Below are positions 24,772 through 38,200 of a stretch of 64,000 nt of DNA, piece after piece. Source of the DNA: Geosiphon pyriformis uo1 (Eukaryota; Fungi; Glomeromycota); contig JAAOMT010000627.1 of the NCBI GenBank assembly GCA_016748015.1, positions 372,001-436,000 on the forward strand, given 5' to 3'. The notes under the pieces are model-generated. The model saw only the letters and a list, made by a program, of their open reading frames with translations, was not told where the DNA came from and ran no database searches. Made by a program: the position numbers and the translations under genes. Numbering within the stretch: position 1 is the first letter of the stretch; each line of letters begins with the position of its first letter.

Positions 24772-27086
24772 TCAGCACTGTCCTGTTAATTCTTCATTTT
24801 CCTTGTTTTCATCATCTATTGTATCGATATAATCAGAGATGGCCTCCCCATCTTCGTATTCATCCTCATATTCTTGTATACTAGCAGATGATTCAATTAA
24901 ATTCGAGTCCATCAAAGCTTGTTCGGCATTATGCTGCCAATGATAAAAAGACATGGTGTGAGCAAATTTCTTGATTGTTAAAACAATGGAAACCAATTAG
25001 ATGCTCACTTTATTGGTTAACAGCCACATTTCCCAACCATCGCGTTTTCTAGCCTTATCCCCACTAACTTCAATAACGTAACTATTGAGGAGTGCCTAAA
25101 TGATCAACATGAGAAAATCATTAAGGATATAAAACAAGAAAAGCCGAAAGTTTTATTTTGAAGTTAATGGGAATATGTTAAAAAGAAAGGACAGGCTTAC
25201 CTCACGCACAAGATTTTCATCTAAAGTCAAAAGTTTGACTCGATTGAAATTAGCTAACAGTGCGATATCCACGAAACCGTAGGGATCCATCTGAGAAGCG
25301 AATTAAAAATTGATCAATTAGAATTCTTTTTTTTTTTTAAGGATTTAATACTTAAGGGACAAATGGAGAAATATATACGTTGCTTCGTAGATAAATATCT
25401 TTGCATAAATTCTCGATACTGAAATAGTATTCACTGAAAGAAAGTTGAAAATAGTTTCGTTATAAAATATTTATAAAGGATGACATGACGTTAAAAGTTT
25501 TGGCAAGAAAAAAGCAAAAAATCATATACATACATTTGTTGCAAGATGTAATACTTTAGAAGTTCCATGTCATAAACATAGGGAAACTTTGCTGAAAATA
25601 GACTACCGAATGGTTGACTGAAGTTAGGTGAATAAGAGAAAGTAGCCGAGCGAGGAGGACCTCGATTTCCAGTAAATGGCCGACCTGAAAATTTTCCGTG
25701 GTAAGAATAACAGGAGGAAATTCCAAGATTTAGCAATTGACTTTGGACATTTTAAGAATTTAGATGTAAATTATATTGATTTTTGATTAGTAACATACCT
25801 CTTCCTCCCCTTCGACCACCACGAAATGGAGGATTGTGAGCATGATGCCCAAATTGACCATTTTCAGCAGATTGGGAATAACGACGAGCGTACTGTTCAC
25901 GCCCATTCGGTGGCGGAACGCTAGCACGGCGTCGTGGATTAGAATTTCCATTCTGGTGTAATATCGATGTCTCAGAATCGTTGTTGGGAGTTTTTTCATT
26001 AGGTCGACGTTCTCTATTCGCTGGAAGTGGAACTGAATCTTCACTGCGACGACGATGCTTAGGTCCATGAGTAGGTAGAGGAGTAGAGTGTGTAATAATT
26101 GGTGTATATGGTATCCATTTGCCCTTTCCTTTAAAAAGAGTTGAAATTATTCATTAAAAAGGGAAATTTATTAAAAATGAAAAGTTGGATCGTAAAATAA
26201 TACCTCGTTTTGGACTGGTATCTTCTTTTTTGGAGAGATCAACTGATTGCTTTCTCTCGGACAATTCAGTTGCCTCTTTTTCTCTATCCTTGATTAAAAC
26301 TTCAGCAGGAGCAGGCCAACTACTTTCATCTTCTAACGGAGGTAAGATGGGAGGCAATTTCGGCTTTTTGATCGATTTTTTTGGAAATCTCTTGACTTTG
26401 ATAATAAAGTTAAGACAATCAAGATCGAAGGTCACACATCGGAATCTTCTCATTTAAATGTAATCAGCATGAACCAAGAAAGAATTCTTTTTATCGGTTT
26501 TACCAGATTGTTACACAAACATACCTTCTAAAGGATCCGCTTCGATATTTATTGAAGTTTCCACTGGTACTTTCTTAGGTTCAATCACGACTTCCTTTTG
26601 CTTCTCATTAGTATGGGTTATTTCTGGGATTTTTTTGCCAATCATGGCTTCCTTTCTGACTTGCCAAACGTTGACAGTCGGAATAGGAGCGGGTTGTGGC
26701 AATGTTTTTTTAGGTGGTTGAGTTTCTTTAGCATCCGCAGTTAATGCCTGTTCATTATCTTGTTCTTGACTCGATAAATCTTCAATTATGGAATCAGAAG
26801 AGTCTGTTTCCTTTGAGTCTCGCCCATTTGTTCCGTTTATAAAATTAGTAGAGTTCGATTCATTAGAAACTTTTGAAGCCCGAAAAGACGATGAAATATT
26901 TGCGGTTTGGGTTTGAACGTCTCTTTTCGGTTCTTCTAAGTTATTTGATCCGTTAGTGGTCTTGATAAAATGCTGCTGATCAGTTACTAAGCTACGTTTA
27001 GAAGCAGTTATTTTGACCAGATCCCCATTACTCAGGGCAGCTACGGTGATACTTGCTTCGGGTTGAGCGGTGGTTGGACTGACCAT
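24772..27086 (-). CDS. La-motif RNA-binding protein (Sro9/LARP1-like, no DM15 domain seen), multi-exon
   Basis: La motif across exons: [51 protein letters not shown]. Upstream motifs PAPIPTVNVW, PPLEDESSWP and KGKWIPY. The 3' exon and stop are less certain. Confidence 0.85.
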
Positions 27087-27741
27087 TTTTGAAAAGAAAC
27101 AAAGAAAGTATTGTTGAATAGTGATAAAAAATAGTAGTAGAGCAGTCTTTTAGCGAGAGCAAAGGAGGGAAAACCACTTTTGAAGGGCGTTTCGAGAAAA
27201 GGAACCAGGCGTTGCTCGTAATAAAAGTTAAATAAAACCAAAATTTCAGTCTATTATACTATTATAGAAGGATGGGGTTTTCAAGAAAAAACTTTGTAGA
27301 CTTTGAGAAACCGGGGGCAGCTGAACAGTTATCACTGAGGAGGCAAGAGAGTTCAACAACCTATTCGTGAAAAAATTTGAGCAAGCAAGTAGTGGCCACT
27401 TGGGAACACATAAAGAGTCAGCGAAAGAGGAAGTTAAATCACAAAAAGTCTTTAAGAGAAGGTCGGTTTTGTTGGTAGAAAACCCGCTGCCGCGCCCCTG
27501 TTGGAATCCCTTGTTACGTACGTGGCGAACAGTGAGAAAAAGATCTGTATTTTTGGGGGTACTTGCTGAGTTCAAAAAATGTAAGATTTTACTAATTATA
27601 ACCAATCAAATCTTTATACTCGATCGCATTTCCTGCGATACACCATCAGCAATTTTCATCTTTTGCGGTTACTACTTACTATTCACTACTGCGTATTATT
27701 AATACACACAGTATTACGATACTAACTACTTGGCTCAAAAA

Positions 27742-27743
<2 letters not shown>

Positions 27744-27773
<30 letters not shown>
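27744..27773. repeat. Poly(T) tract of about 30 nt upstream of the La-motif gene
   Basis: Homopolymer seen directly. Confidence 0.85.
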
Positions 27774-30700
27774 CTTTTATCATAATAATAATTGATATTA
27801 AGATCAAGTTGGAAAATCATAAATTCCCATCATCGTCACCAAATCATTAGAATCTTTCAACATTGAACCCCGACAAAACCCGCGGGCTTTTACAGATTGG
27901 ATCCATAGGAATAAACAAAAATTTCTCTCCAATTATTTTTATAATTTTACATCTATTGCCGTGTTTAATTTCCTTCTAATATAGGTGATCAATGAATTAA
28001 AGAATAGGAGTTGAGAGATAGTAAAGAATGAAAAAATTGGTAAAAATAACTTGAGATAAATTCATTTTTTTGGAACCAAAAGATATTTAAGTTTACCTTA
28101 TGAAGAATTTTTGATACGGAAAATGGGGTTTTATTTTAGTTTTGTGATGAGGCTTTCAATTTTGGATTTTCCAATCAATAAACCTAAAAAAATACCCAAG
28201 ATCTTTATTACAAACGCAAGGGAGATCTTTAAAAAGTACCGGTCTACAAATAAACCCGGACGATCTTTGAATGATGAAAAAAGCGAAAACACGTGCTTTT
28301 CATTCATCTTGGAATTAAATCGTGTGCTGAGATCAAATAGCTAGCCAAGAAAATCAGATCAAATAAAGGATCAAATAAAGGATCAAATTTGGGCATTATA
28401 TAGCAATTAGATGAGGTGAAAAAAAATTTTTTTTTTTTTTTGATTGCTACAAAAAGTTTCTCATCTTTAAAATATTATTTGAAATCAGGAGTACTAATAG
28501 CAGTTATAGAAGTTGGTTATTCTAGAATACAAACAACCTCAGTTGTGTTCAGTGTTACGTTACCTAATTTATTAGCCACAGTTTTTAAAAAAAAAACGGT
28601 TAAAAGTTTTTCAATTCGGAAAGGCAAGCCATTAAAAAATCAAAAATAATCTACATTGTTCCATTACAAAAGTTTAACGTGAATGTTGAAAACCACGCCA
28701 TGATGCGTCAATGTAAAATGCGACATTTAGATTGATATAAAATCCTGAACAATGAAATGATAATAATATTTTAAATCAATATCCCAATAAAGAAAAAGGT
28801 CCAGGCAAAGATAAGCAGGAGAAGGCAGTATGACACATTTTTTAAGTTCAAATATTTAGACACTAAGAGGGCAAAAAGAACAAAAAAATTTAATTTCTTG
28901 ATTATTTTCATTCATTAATGCAAAATTTCCAGTAAAAATGACAATAAAAGTGTTATGTTGTACATACATTTTCGCCAAATTGAAATTTTATTTATTTATT
29001 ACATCTTTTAAAAAAATATGATTTATTTTTTGAATAAATGGTAAATAATTACTTATTTTGTGTTTTTTAATATATTAATATTTTTTAATTTATATTTAAA
29101 TATGGTAAATTTTATAATTGTATTATATTTTTTATTTGATTTATTCAATTATTTTTCTTTTTTAATTTTTATAATATAAACTAAAGCAAAAAGTAAAAAA
29201 GAAACAACTTTTACTTTTTTTATAATAATTAAGAAAGTAACAACTCAAAAAGTTTTTTTAGTAATAAAAAAGTTAAACTAAATATTGAAAAACTTTTTTT
29301 TTTCTTTAATTATTATTATTATTATTAAAAATTTTAAAAATTTGGTTTTTTTATTAATATTAATAATATAATAAATAAAATAAAAAATTTAAAAGTTTTT
29401 GCTTTAAAAACATTTTTATGAAAATATTTTACTTAAAAAAATAAAAAATAAAATAAAATAAAAATAAAAATAAAAAACAAAAAAAAACAAAAAAAAACAA
29501 GTATATTATATTTACAAAATACTATTTAATTTTATTATAATTTTAAAAGCTGTTTTTTTTAGTTATATACAAAGTTTTATATATTAAATATTTGATTTTT
29601 TTTATATAATATCTAATTATAAAAGATATTACATAAATTTTGTTTTTGTTTTTAGACTGTTTTTGTTTTTTAATAAATTTTATTAGTTTTATAATTCAAA
29701 ATATTTTTTTATACTTTGAATTATTGCTATTATTAAACTTATAATTATTTTGTGTAATTATTTTGTAATAAAAGTTAATTTTTTTATAAGAATTTTTATC
29801 TGTAAGCTTTTTAATAATATGTAATTGTTTTGCTATAAAAGTTAATTTTTATAAAAAATTTTACTTAATTATAAGTAAAAAAAAATTTAATATGAAAAAA
29901 AATAAAAAAAATTGTTTTTAATCTTAATTAGATTAATACAATTTAACTAAACTCAGATACTACAATAATAATCATTTTTTTTGACATATTTATAAGAATT
30001 TTTTTGATTATTATTATCTAATCTAAACACATTTTTTGTTACTTAAGATTGTTGTTTACTTTAATATTTTTTTTTAACCAATAATATAATTTTATTCATG
30101 TTTTTTTAAATATAAATATAAATCTAATAATTTTTTTAAATTTTAAAAGAGTAATAGTCTTCCCAAAATCATTGATTATAAAAAAAAAAAATTCTGATAA
30201 CTTGAGTTTTGGTTATTGCCAATTTTTTTTCCATAGCTAAAAAATTAATATTTAAAGTAAAGAATTTTTTAATGGCCACTTTAATCTGAATCTTTACAAT
30301 TTTAGAATTAATTCACTTTTTGTTTAAAAAAAATATTAAGAAGAAGTAAAAGTGATTTAATTTTTTCTTTCATGTTAAAAATCAAAAAATTAAGAAAAAA
30401 GTTATAACTCATATTAGTTATTACTTGATTGGTTTTAGAAATATTAATAATTGAATTTAAAAAAAATTTATTGTCAATATTAATCATAGTATTATTGTTT
30501 TTTTTATTACTAAATTTATTGTTTATATTTAATATTACCAGTAAAATTTTAGCTATTAATTAACATAAAATTATAAGAATAATTTTTAGTAATTATTACT
30601 TATTATTTAACCAAATTATTGAATATTATTATTTAATTAATTACTTAATTTGTATAATATACAAATTGTGATAATTATATTATGTAATACACTAAATTTT

Positions 30701-30988
30701 GTAATATTTAAAAATTTGCTAAAATTTGTAAAAATTTACAAAATATCTTAATAGTTCACCAAAATTATTCATAGTTTATAGAAATAACTTGTAATTTGTC
30801 AAAATATATCTTTAGTTTATTAAAATTATAGCAAAGAAAAAGTTCAAGTTCATAAATTAATATTATAATAAATTGTATAAAAAAAGAGCTTTTCTTTTTA
30901 AGAAAATATATTTTACTTTAGAATTATTAATTTTAGTTCAAAACAAATAACTTTTACATATTTTTACAACAAGTAATAAACATCAAAT

Positions 30989-33525
30989 TTTTTTATTTAT
31001 TTATTTAACGAGTGAGGTCCATACACAACCTAGCACTATACATTAAAAAAATAATCTAAACTAGGCATGAATCATGCACTTTCTACACGCGACCAGCCAC
31101 TCGGGCCAGTCAGGACAACACTACGCAGCTATATAGATAGAAGCTGAATTACCAATACCAGAAAAAAACATACAAGACTTGTGAAAACCAAAATGCACAC
31201 CAAAAGCTTCATCAATACCAAGCAAATCCACCACACCAGCAGAAAGCCGTGAAGTCAAACCGGAGACCGAAATAGGGGATGAACCATCTAAAGGAATCAG
31301 TCCGTGCTTTTCCATATAGGCATGGTGTTTGGCCCGAACCAACCAGATCTCATCTCTAAAAGCAAGGCCAAGAGAATGCACAAAATTAATGACTTCTAAA
31401 CATGCTACCTTGGGATCATGGAAGATAGAAACAGCTTCACCAAACCATTTATCAAAAACAAAACCCTTGTGAAGAGCCATGAACACTGAGGACCCTAAAA
31501 CACAAGACGACAACAACTGCAACAAAACCGAAGAAGAGACAAAAGAACCAGAGAGTGTTTTCCAAATGTTCATGTGAGAATCCAACAACCGACACCAAGC
31601 AGAATCATCGACCTTATAAGAGAAAACATGATCCGACACCTCCACATCACCACAATATAGGCACAACACACTGGGATAAAGTCTATTATAAAGCCATTTT
31701 TGAATAGCCACAGGGAAGCGATGATGCAAAGCCTTCATAAAATAAGAGTGTGCATTAGCCGAAATCTTGCTGGTGAAACCAGTGGCCATATGCAAATCAG
31801 GATGCCACACCAAAGAAGAGCGGGACCAATCAACATTAGCACACAAGTCAACAGGCAAAATTTTAGCACCAGACCCCACCTTCCAACGCACACAACACAT
31901 GACATGAAAAGTGTCATAGACAAAGTGCCTTGAATTGCCAGAGACAATGTTGCTATCAGCCATCAAAAAGTGTTCATCCAGGTGAGGTGGAAGAAACCAG
32001 TCAGAAGCAGAAACAGCACCAGCAATAACATCAGCATGCTCGTTTCCTAAAATCCCAGAATGACTTTTGACTTTGTGCCAGGTAACTTTAAGGCCCTTAT
32101 TGTAAATAACATTGGCAATGTGCTGACGCTCAACCCAACACCGATTATGGAAATTAGGAACCACCAGACCCAATTCTAATTTGCAAGCATCCAATACAGA
32201 CTGACTATCCAAAAATAAATGTACATTACTAAAAACAGGAACACACTCGAGAGCCAACGCAATTGCCTGTAACTCAGCCATGGTAGATGACAACAACCCA
32301 GACACTCCAACACCCAAACCCATATCAATGTCCTTGAAAAAGGCCACAGCACCCGCTTCACAGCCAACTGTACCCAAATTTCTCAAAGACCCATCAGTGT
32401 AGACTGATAGCACCCTTATATTGACCCGCAAAAGACGATCACAGACAGACACAAAACCAGAGGAACCCAAAATGTTCAAGGGACCAATATTAGCAGGAAG
32501 AGGGATGCGGGCAGAAGATGAATCTTCACCAGCAAGAAACACAGCAGAAAGTCTGAACCACTTAGGAATAGGGCCACGGGGGTCCAGTTTCTTCCACTGC
32601 TTAAATGTGGACCAATCAAAGACAGTACCATAATGGTCACGAAGTTGGTCTACAAAGGCCACATCATACCGCCGAAGCGAGGGGAGACACTTAAAGAAAA
32701 CTAATTCACCCAAAACAGTCGACATGGGCATCCCACTATTGACACAAAAGAAATTGGTAAAAAATCCACCCAAAGACAATCTGCAAATATAAAGCACGCG
32801 AACCACACCCGTCAAAAAATTATTAGAGGCACAAACACAAATGTGAACAGAAGAACTCAATGGATGAATAAGGCACCAACATAAAACCTGTAGGTCATAA
32901 GACCTATGAAAGAACAAACGTCCCACAATCCCACCAGCATTGGCAAAATTAATAAGAGAAGCAACTTTGCCTTCAGACTGAATCTGCAGAAAAGATCTCA
33001 AACCATAAAAGGAGAGATGGTGAATCGAATTACCAGGAAAATTGCGCGGCAGTCCAGATTTGAGCTTCAGGCCCTTATGAATCATAGCATCCCACTTGTT
33101 GCAAATGCCTATAGGAACAAAGCTAAATTGTGTTCTGTAGCTAATTATAGGTTGGAGAACCACTGAGACCAAATACAAGAACTGCTTATCTGAGATAGCT
33201 TTTTTTAAAACCAAATTCATAAAGAAACAAACATCTGAATGTGCTTTAGCTAAACTGGGTCTGGAAAGACCATCAGTCGACAGAAATATGCCCAGATACC
33301 AATGAGATTCACCCTTTTTGGCAACAGAGATAGGCGAACCACTAATGAAAAGAGCGGGATTTCCAACTTTACAATTAATAGAAATAGCTACTGTCTTGTC
33401 ATTGTTTATTAAGATGTCATTAATCCAAAAAAACTCACTAGCAATGTCCAAAATGTGTTGAGTAGCACTCTGACTACTGTCTACCCAAATTGTGTCATCA
33501 ACAAAGGCACCAGCGGCAAAATAGG
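30989..33525 (-). mobile_element. 5'-truncated LINE with A-rich tail and 13-bp target-site duplication
   Basis: ATAAACATCAAAT at 30976-30988 and 33526-33538. The tail reads (AAAT)n/An on the element strand, and the element begins just before the RT GAFVDD motif. Confidence 0.92.
31121..33451 (-). CDS. Uninterrupted C-terminal part of LINE ORF2 (RT thumb, RNase H, zinc finger)
   Basis: 776-aa ORF with YLGIFL, RNase H motifs YTDGS, AELQAI, DSQS and HSGILGNEHAD, and CLYC..DHVF. Confidence 0.8.
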   Translation of the reverse strand: MDIASEFFWINDILINNDKTVAISINCKVGNPALFISGSPISVAKKGESHWYLGIFLSTDGLSRPSLAKAHSDVCFFMNLVLKKAISDKQFLYLVSVVLQPIISYRTQFSFVPIGICNKWDAMIHKGLKLKSGLPRNFPGNSIHHLSFYGLRSFLQIQSEGKVASLINFANAGGIVGRLFFHRSYDLQVLCWCLIHPLSSSVHICVCASNNFLTGVVRVLYICRLSLGGFFTNFFCVNSGMPMSTVLGELVFFKCLPSLRRYDVAFVDQLRDHYGTVFDWSTFKQWKKLDPRGPIPKWFRLSAVFLAGEDSSSARIPLPANIGPLNILGSSGFVSVCDRLLRVNIRVLSVYTDGSLRNLGTVGCEAGAVAFFKDIDMGLGVGVSGLLSSTMAELQAIALALECVPVFSNVHLFLDSQSVLDACKLELGLVVPNFHNRCWVERQHIANVIYNKGLKVTWHKVKSHSGILGNEHADVIAGAVSASDWFLPPHLDEHFLMADSNIVSGNSRHFVYDTFHVMCCVRWKVGSGAKILPVDLCANVDWSRSSLVWHPDLHMATGFTSKISANAHSYFMKALHHRFPVAIQKWLYNRLYPSVLCLYCGDVEVSDHVFSYKVDDSAWCRLLDSHMNIWKTLSGSFVSSSVLLQLLSSCVLGSSVFMALHKGFVFDKWFGEAVSIFHDPKVACLEVINFVHSLGLAFRDEIWLVRAKHHAYMEKHGLIPLDGSSPISVSGLTSRLSAGVVDLLGIDEAFGVHFGFHKSCMFFSGIGNSASIYIAA

Positions 33526-34049
33526 ATAAACATCAAATACTTTAAAAACCAAAATCTCTAAATTATTTATACTTAAAATTATTCAAATTCTAAATAATAT
33601 TTTGAAATTAATTAACTACCAATTTTAATAATTTATTAGTGATTTAAAGCTTAAACAAAACAACAATTTTTTTAATAAAAATTTTTTTTTATATTTCTTT
33701 TATTTATTTATTTATTATTATTATTATTATTAAAATAATCTATAAACAAGATTTCTATAAAAAAATTGACTTTTACAGCAAAGTAATTATATATTTTAAT
33801 AAGCTTTTAGATAAGTATTTTCTAAAAAAAAGTTAACTTTTACTGTAAAGTAATTATATAAATAACTAGCATATAATTGGTTATTTTACTTATAAGTTTA
33901 GCAATTTAAATTATAAATAATAATTTGAAAATAAATTCAGTTATTAAAGATTTATTAACTTTTAATAATTAAGAATTAACAGCAAAATAATAATAACAAT
34001 ATTTAAAAAAAGTGACCAAAAACTTTCAGTAACACTAAATATATATTAT

Positions 34050-34320
34050 TACTAAGATTAAGCTTAACCAAAAAAATATTTTTTTTATTATCAGAGTATT
34101 TGACATTATTGAAAACAACTTTTTTTTTTGAAAAAAAAAACCACCAGCAAAACTATAAAAAGTTTTTTTAGGTACTTTAATTTTAAATATACTGTGATTT
34201 AAAGCAACTTTTGAGTTTATAATAAACAGATTATTAATTTAAAAAATATTAAAAAAAAAAACAAAAAACTTTTTTTTCAAAAATGTGTTCTTTAAGAAAT
34301 TTAAAACATAAAAAAAACAA
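34050..34320 (-). mobile_element. Decayed LINE 5' end (5' UTR plus ORF1 start)
   Basis: Matches 46040-46270 (aaccaccagca, ttaggtact vs ttaggagcct, aaaaacttttttt..aaaaatg..cttt..gaaattt). Confidence 0.65.
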
Positions 34321-35220
34321 TATAAAATAAAATAAATAAAAATAAAAATATTTTTTTGTTAAAATTTTATTATTAAAATTAATAATTAATTAATTTTAAA
34401 ATATTAATTAAAATTTATAAATTTTAAAATAATTATTATAAAAAAAGTTTGGATTTTTAAAAATAAAAATTTTATTTTATTAATTAATAATGACTAATTA
34501 ATTGATTTAAGTTTAATAATTAATATATTTTTTGAAAAAAAAAGCTGATTTTTTATATATTTGTTATAATATTATTTCGAATTTTAATACTCTTTTTTTG
34601 GCTTATATTTTTATAAACTAAATATATATTTTAGCAAATTATAAAATATTTTAGTAAATTGTTAAATATTTTTGAATATTATATAGTTTAATATTATATG
34701 ATTTAATTATTATATTTAATTATATTTGTAAATTATATAAATTGAATTATTAATAAAATAATAAGTAATAAATTAAAAATAATATAAATATTAATTAATA
34801 ATAAAAATTATAAAAATAATTTTATGTTAATTAATAATTTAGTTTTTATTTAATAATAGTATATAAACTATATTTAAAAATACTTAATTTGTTTTATTAT
34901 ATTAAATAATAACTAAAGTTTACTTATTAAATAAAATAAAATAAAAATAAATAAATTTTTACTATTATTTTTATAATTAAAAAACTTTATTTTTACAATA
35001 ATTATAATAAAATATAGTTTTTTATTATATATTTTAATTATATATTTTTAAATTAACTATAAATATAAATTATATAATTTTAATACAATATATAATTAAT
35101 TTTTAAAATTATATTAAAATTATTTATAATATAATATAAGCCAAAAATAAATTTTGTTTATTTATTTTATATATAAATAGTATTAATTTAATTATTTAAA
35201 CAAAATTATTTATTTAAATT

Positions 35221-38200
35221 TTAATCTGGTAGAATTAAGGCTGTTAAAGAAAAAATATTATTTTTTGCTATTGGTGCCTTTGTTGATAACATAATTTAAA
35301 TTAAGAGTAGCCAAGCTTCTATTCAATATATTTTAAATATTGTTAGTGAATTCTTCAATATTAATAATATTTTAATTAATAATAAAAAAACAATGACTAT
35401 TTTAATCAATCAAAGTATTAAGACTGTCTTATTAATAATCAGTAATTTGTTAATTTTAATTGCTAAAAAGGGTAAATTGCACAGATACTTAGAAATTTTT
35501 TTGTTAATTAAAGATTTTTTTAAACCTAGTTTGGTTCAAACTTATGCTAATATCAAGTTTTTTTTTAATATAATGTTAAGAAAAATGATTACAGATAAAC
35601 AATTTTCTTATTTGGTTTTAACTGTTTTATAGTCTATAGTTAGTTATTGGTCATAGTTTAGTTTTATTTTATCAAGTATATATTATAAGTAAGATATAAT
35701 AATCAGAAAAAGTCTTAAGGCCAAGACCAGTTTGCCATGTAATTTTTTCAGTAAGATTTTATATTATCTATTTTTGTATAAGCTGAAGCTCTTTAAATAA
35801 ATATAATTTGAAAAAAAATAGCTTTTTTAATTGCCTTCTCTAATATATTAAGCATTCTTAGATATTTGTTTGAACATAGATTTGCAGATTTGCAGATTTT
35901 GAGATAGTTTTTTTTAAATCTTTTGTAGTTTTCTGTCAAGTTACATATTAGTTCAGTAAACAATTTTTTGGCTGAGATAATGAAAATTTTTCTGAACAAT
36001 AATCTATCTTTGAAGAATAATTTATTTAATGTGTTTTGTGGTCTTAGTAGATTTTCAATGTTAGACATTTTGGAAAAATTCTTGTATTATAGCTTTGTTT
36101 TTTCTTTGAAACAGTTTAGAGTTGCTTTTAATAACAGATTTTTGGATAAAAAAAAGAATATAATAAGTTGAAAAACTTTTTATTAATAGAAAAGATTAGA
36201 TTCAAAAAGCTCTGTGTCTTATTGGTTCAAGTTAATATCTGAATTTTTGGTTGATAAGAGTTCTTTAGTAGTTAATTTTGCTAATGTTAATAGTTTATTT
36301 GGTTTGAATATTTTGAAGTCTAAAAAGTTTTTTAATGTGCAGAAAGACTTGTTTAAGATTTAGTTTGATTTTATTAAAATTTATATAAACAGTTCTTTAA
36401 AATATGCTGGTTTTATTGAAGTTGTTAATAAAACAGCTATATACTTTCTGGTCTTAAATACAGATATTAATGTTAAAATATATGGTCTTTTATCCTCTAT
36501 AATGGCTAAATTACAAACTATTGCACTGTTTTTAGAATGTGTTTTATCTTCTTGTACAATAGTTTTATATCTAAATAGCCAATTTGTTATTAATATATGT
36601 GTTTTTTATGTTTTGTTTACTGTATTGAACTTTTGTAATTAATGTTAAATAAAGAAGAAACATATTGCTAATCTTATTAAAAACAAAAGTTTTTCATTAT
36701 ATGTGTGAAAATTAAAGATTATTTAGGTATTTTAGACAATATTTAAGCTGATATAATAGTAGGTAAGATTGCCTAATCTTTTTTTTTCTGTTAATTGGAA
36801 TTCAGAAATTTTTTTTGGTGGTGTTATAAGTGATTATTTGGGGTCTTAAAGCAAATAACAAATCTATAACTTGATGCTCAATTGTTTGGATAATGTTGAT
36901 TTCTAAAGGTGTTATAGATCTGAAGGTTTTGGTTGAGTTCTTTGTATAATGAACAGAGATTCACTATGGTTGGTTTTGGTTGATTTTTCAAGTTGTTTTC
37001 CCAATTTTTGTCTTTAGTATGGTGGCTAGTTTAATCTGACAGTCGTGTCTTTCTGGAAGCTATCTGTTAATATATATATATAATTCTACCTTTATTTCTG
37101 GATCTTTTACCAAACTATCTGTAACATTAATAATTCAGCACTTTAATCCTTTTAATTAATTAGTACACAACAAACAAAAAAAAATAAAAGAGATAAAGAA
37201 AAGATAAAGAAAATAAGCCAAGGTAATTGCAAATTAATATTTTATCAATAGCCATGATTAAGAGCTATTGTTTTAGTGTAGTTAAGTATCAATTATTATC
37301 AACATAAAGTGTTGATAGTAGAAAATAGATTAGAATAGTGAATAATTATTTATTGATATCTGTAATGTAAAAAGTTGCTTTAATTAAATCTAAACTGAGA
37401 GATTTTAGGAATTCTAATAATTATAACTTGTGAGTCTAATTGACTTTGAGAGTCCTATTGACTCTAGAAGTCCAATTTTCTAGCTTTTGATACTACTGCT
37501 ATATATATATAAATTTTATTGTACAAAATTCCTTGAATTTTTCAATTCTCTAGCCAGGAATCCTGCAATTTCTTTAAGAGGAATTCTGGAATCCTGCAAT
37601 TCTTTGTACAAAAATTCTGAAATTTTTAGAATTCTGCAATTCCTCTAAGAGAAATCCTAAAATTTCACATTTACTATATTTACTTCTGATTGGCTAATTT
37701 ATATGCTAATATACTTCCTATATTTTATTAGTAACAATGGCTAAAAATACAGCTGTATTTAACAATACTCATTATTTTGTTTATAATTTGTACAGGTTTA
37801 TTTGTTGTGCTTGATAAGAGATTGATCCTGAATATAATATAATTTCAAGTGTGCTAATTAGAGAAGTGAATTGGCTGGTTATTACAAGAGTTTGGCATTT
37901 TAACTTGTATATGCTTTTTGAATTTACTGGTAAAAAGTCTGCAAATTTGCATACATATTTAATAAAAACTATGCATAGGCAATTACTAATAGCAATTAAA
38001 AAGAAATTATATAATAAAATGTATTTTAATATATTGTATTTGCTGTATAATGAGATAGAATTATTTAATTATGTTTTTACTTATGCTAAGAATAGTAGTA
38101 TTCAGAAAAATATTTTAGTAAAAGCTTTTAAGAAATTAATTTTTTTGGTAGGAATTTGCTGTCTGTTTTTTTCTGCTATTCTGCATATAATTTCTTAGTA

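Larger units (their letters stand above)
30530..34035 (+). repeat. Copy 2 of the unclassified AT-rich repeat, split by the LINE at 30989-33525
   Basis: Both LINE flanks align in order to 10520-11500. Confidence 0.75.

Noticed and set aside
27246-28649. Short ORFs upstream of the La-motif gene
   Set aside because: No recognisable motifs, mostly non-ATG starts, and consistent with 5' UTR or promoter sequence.
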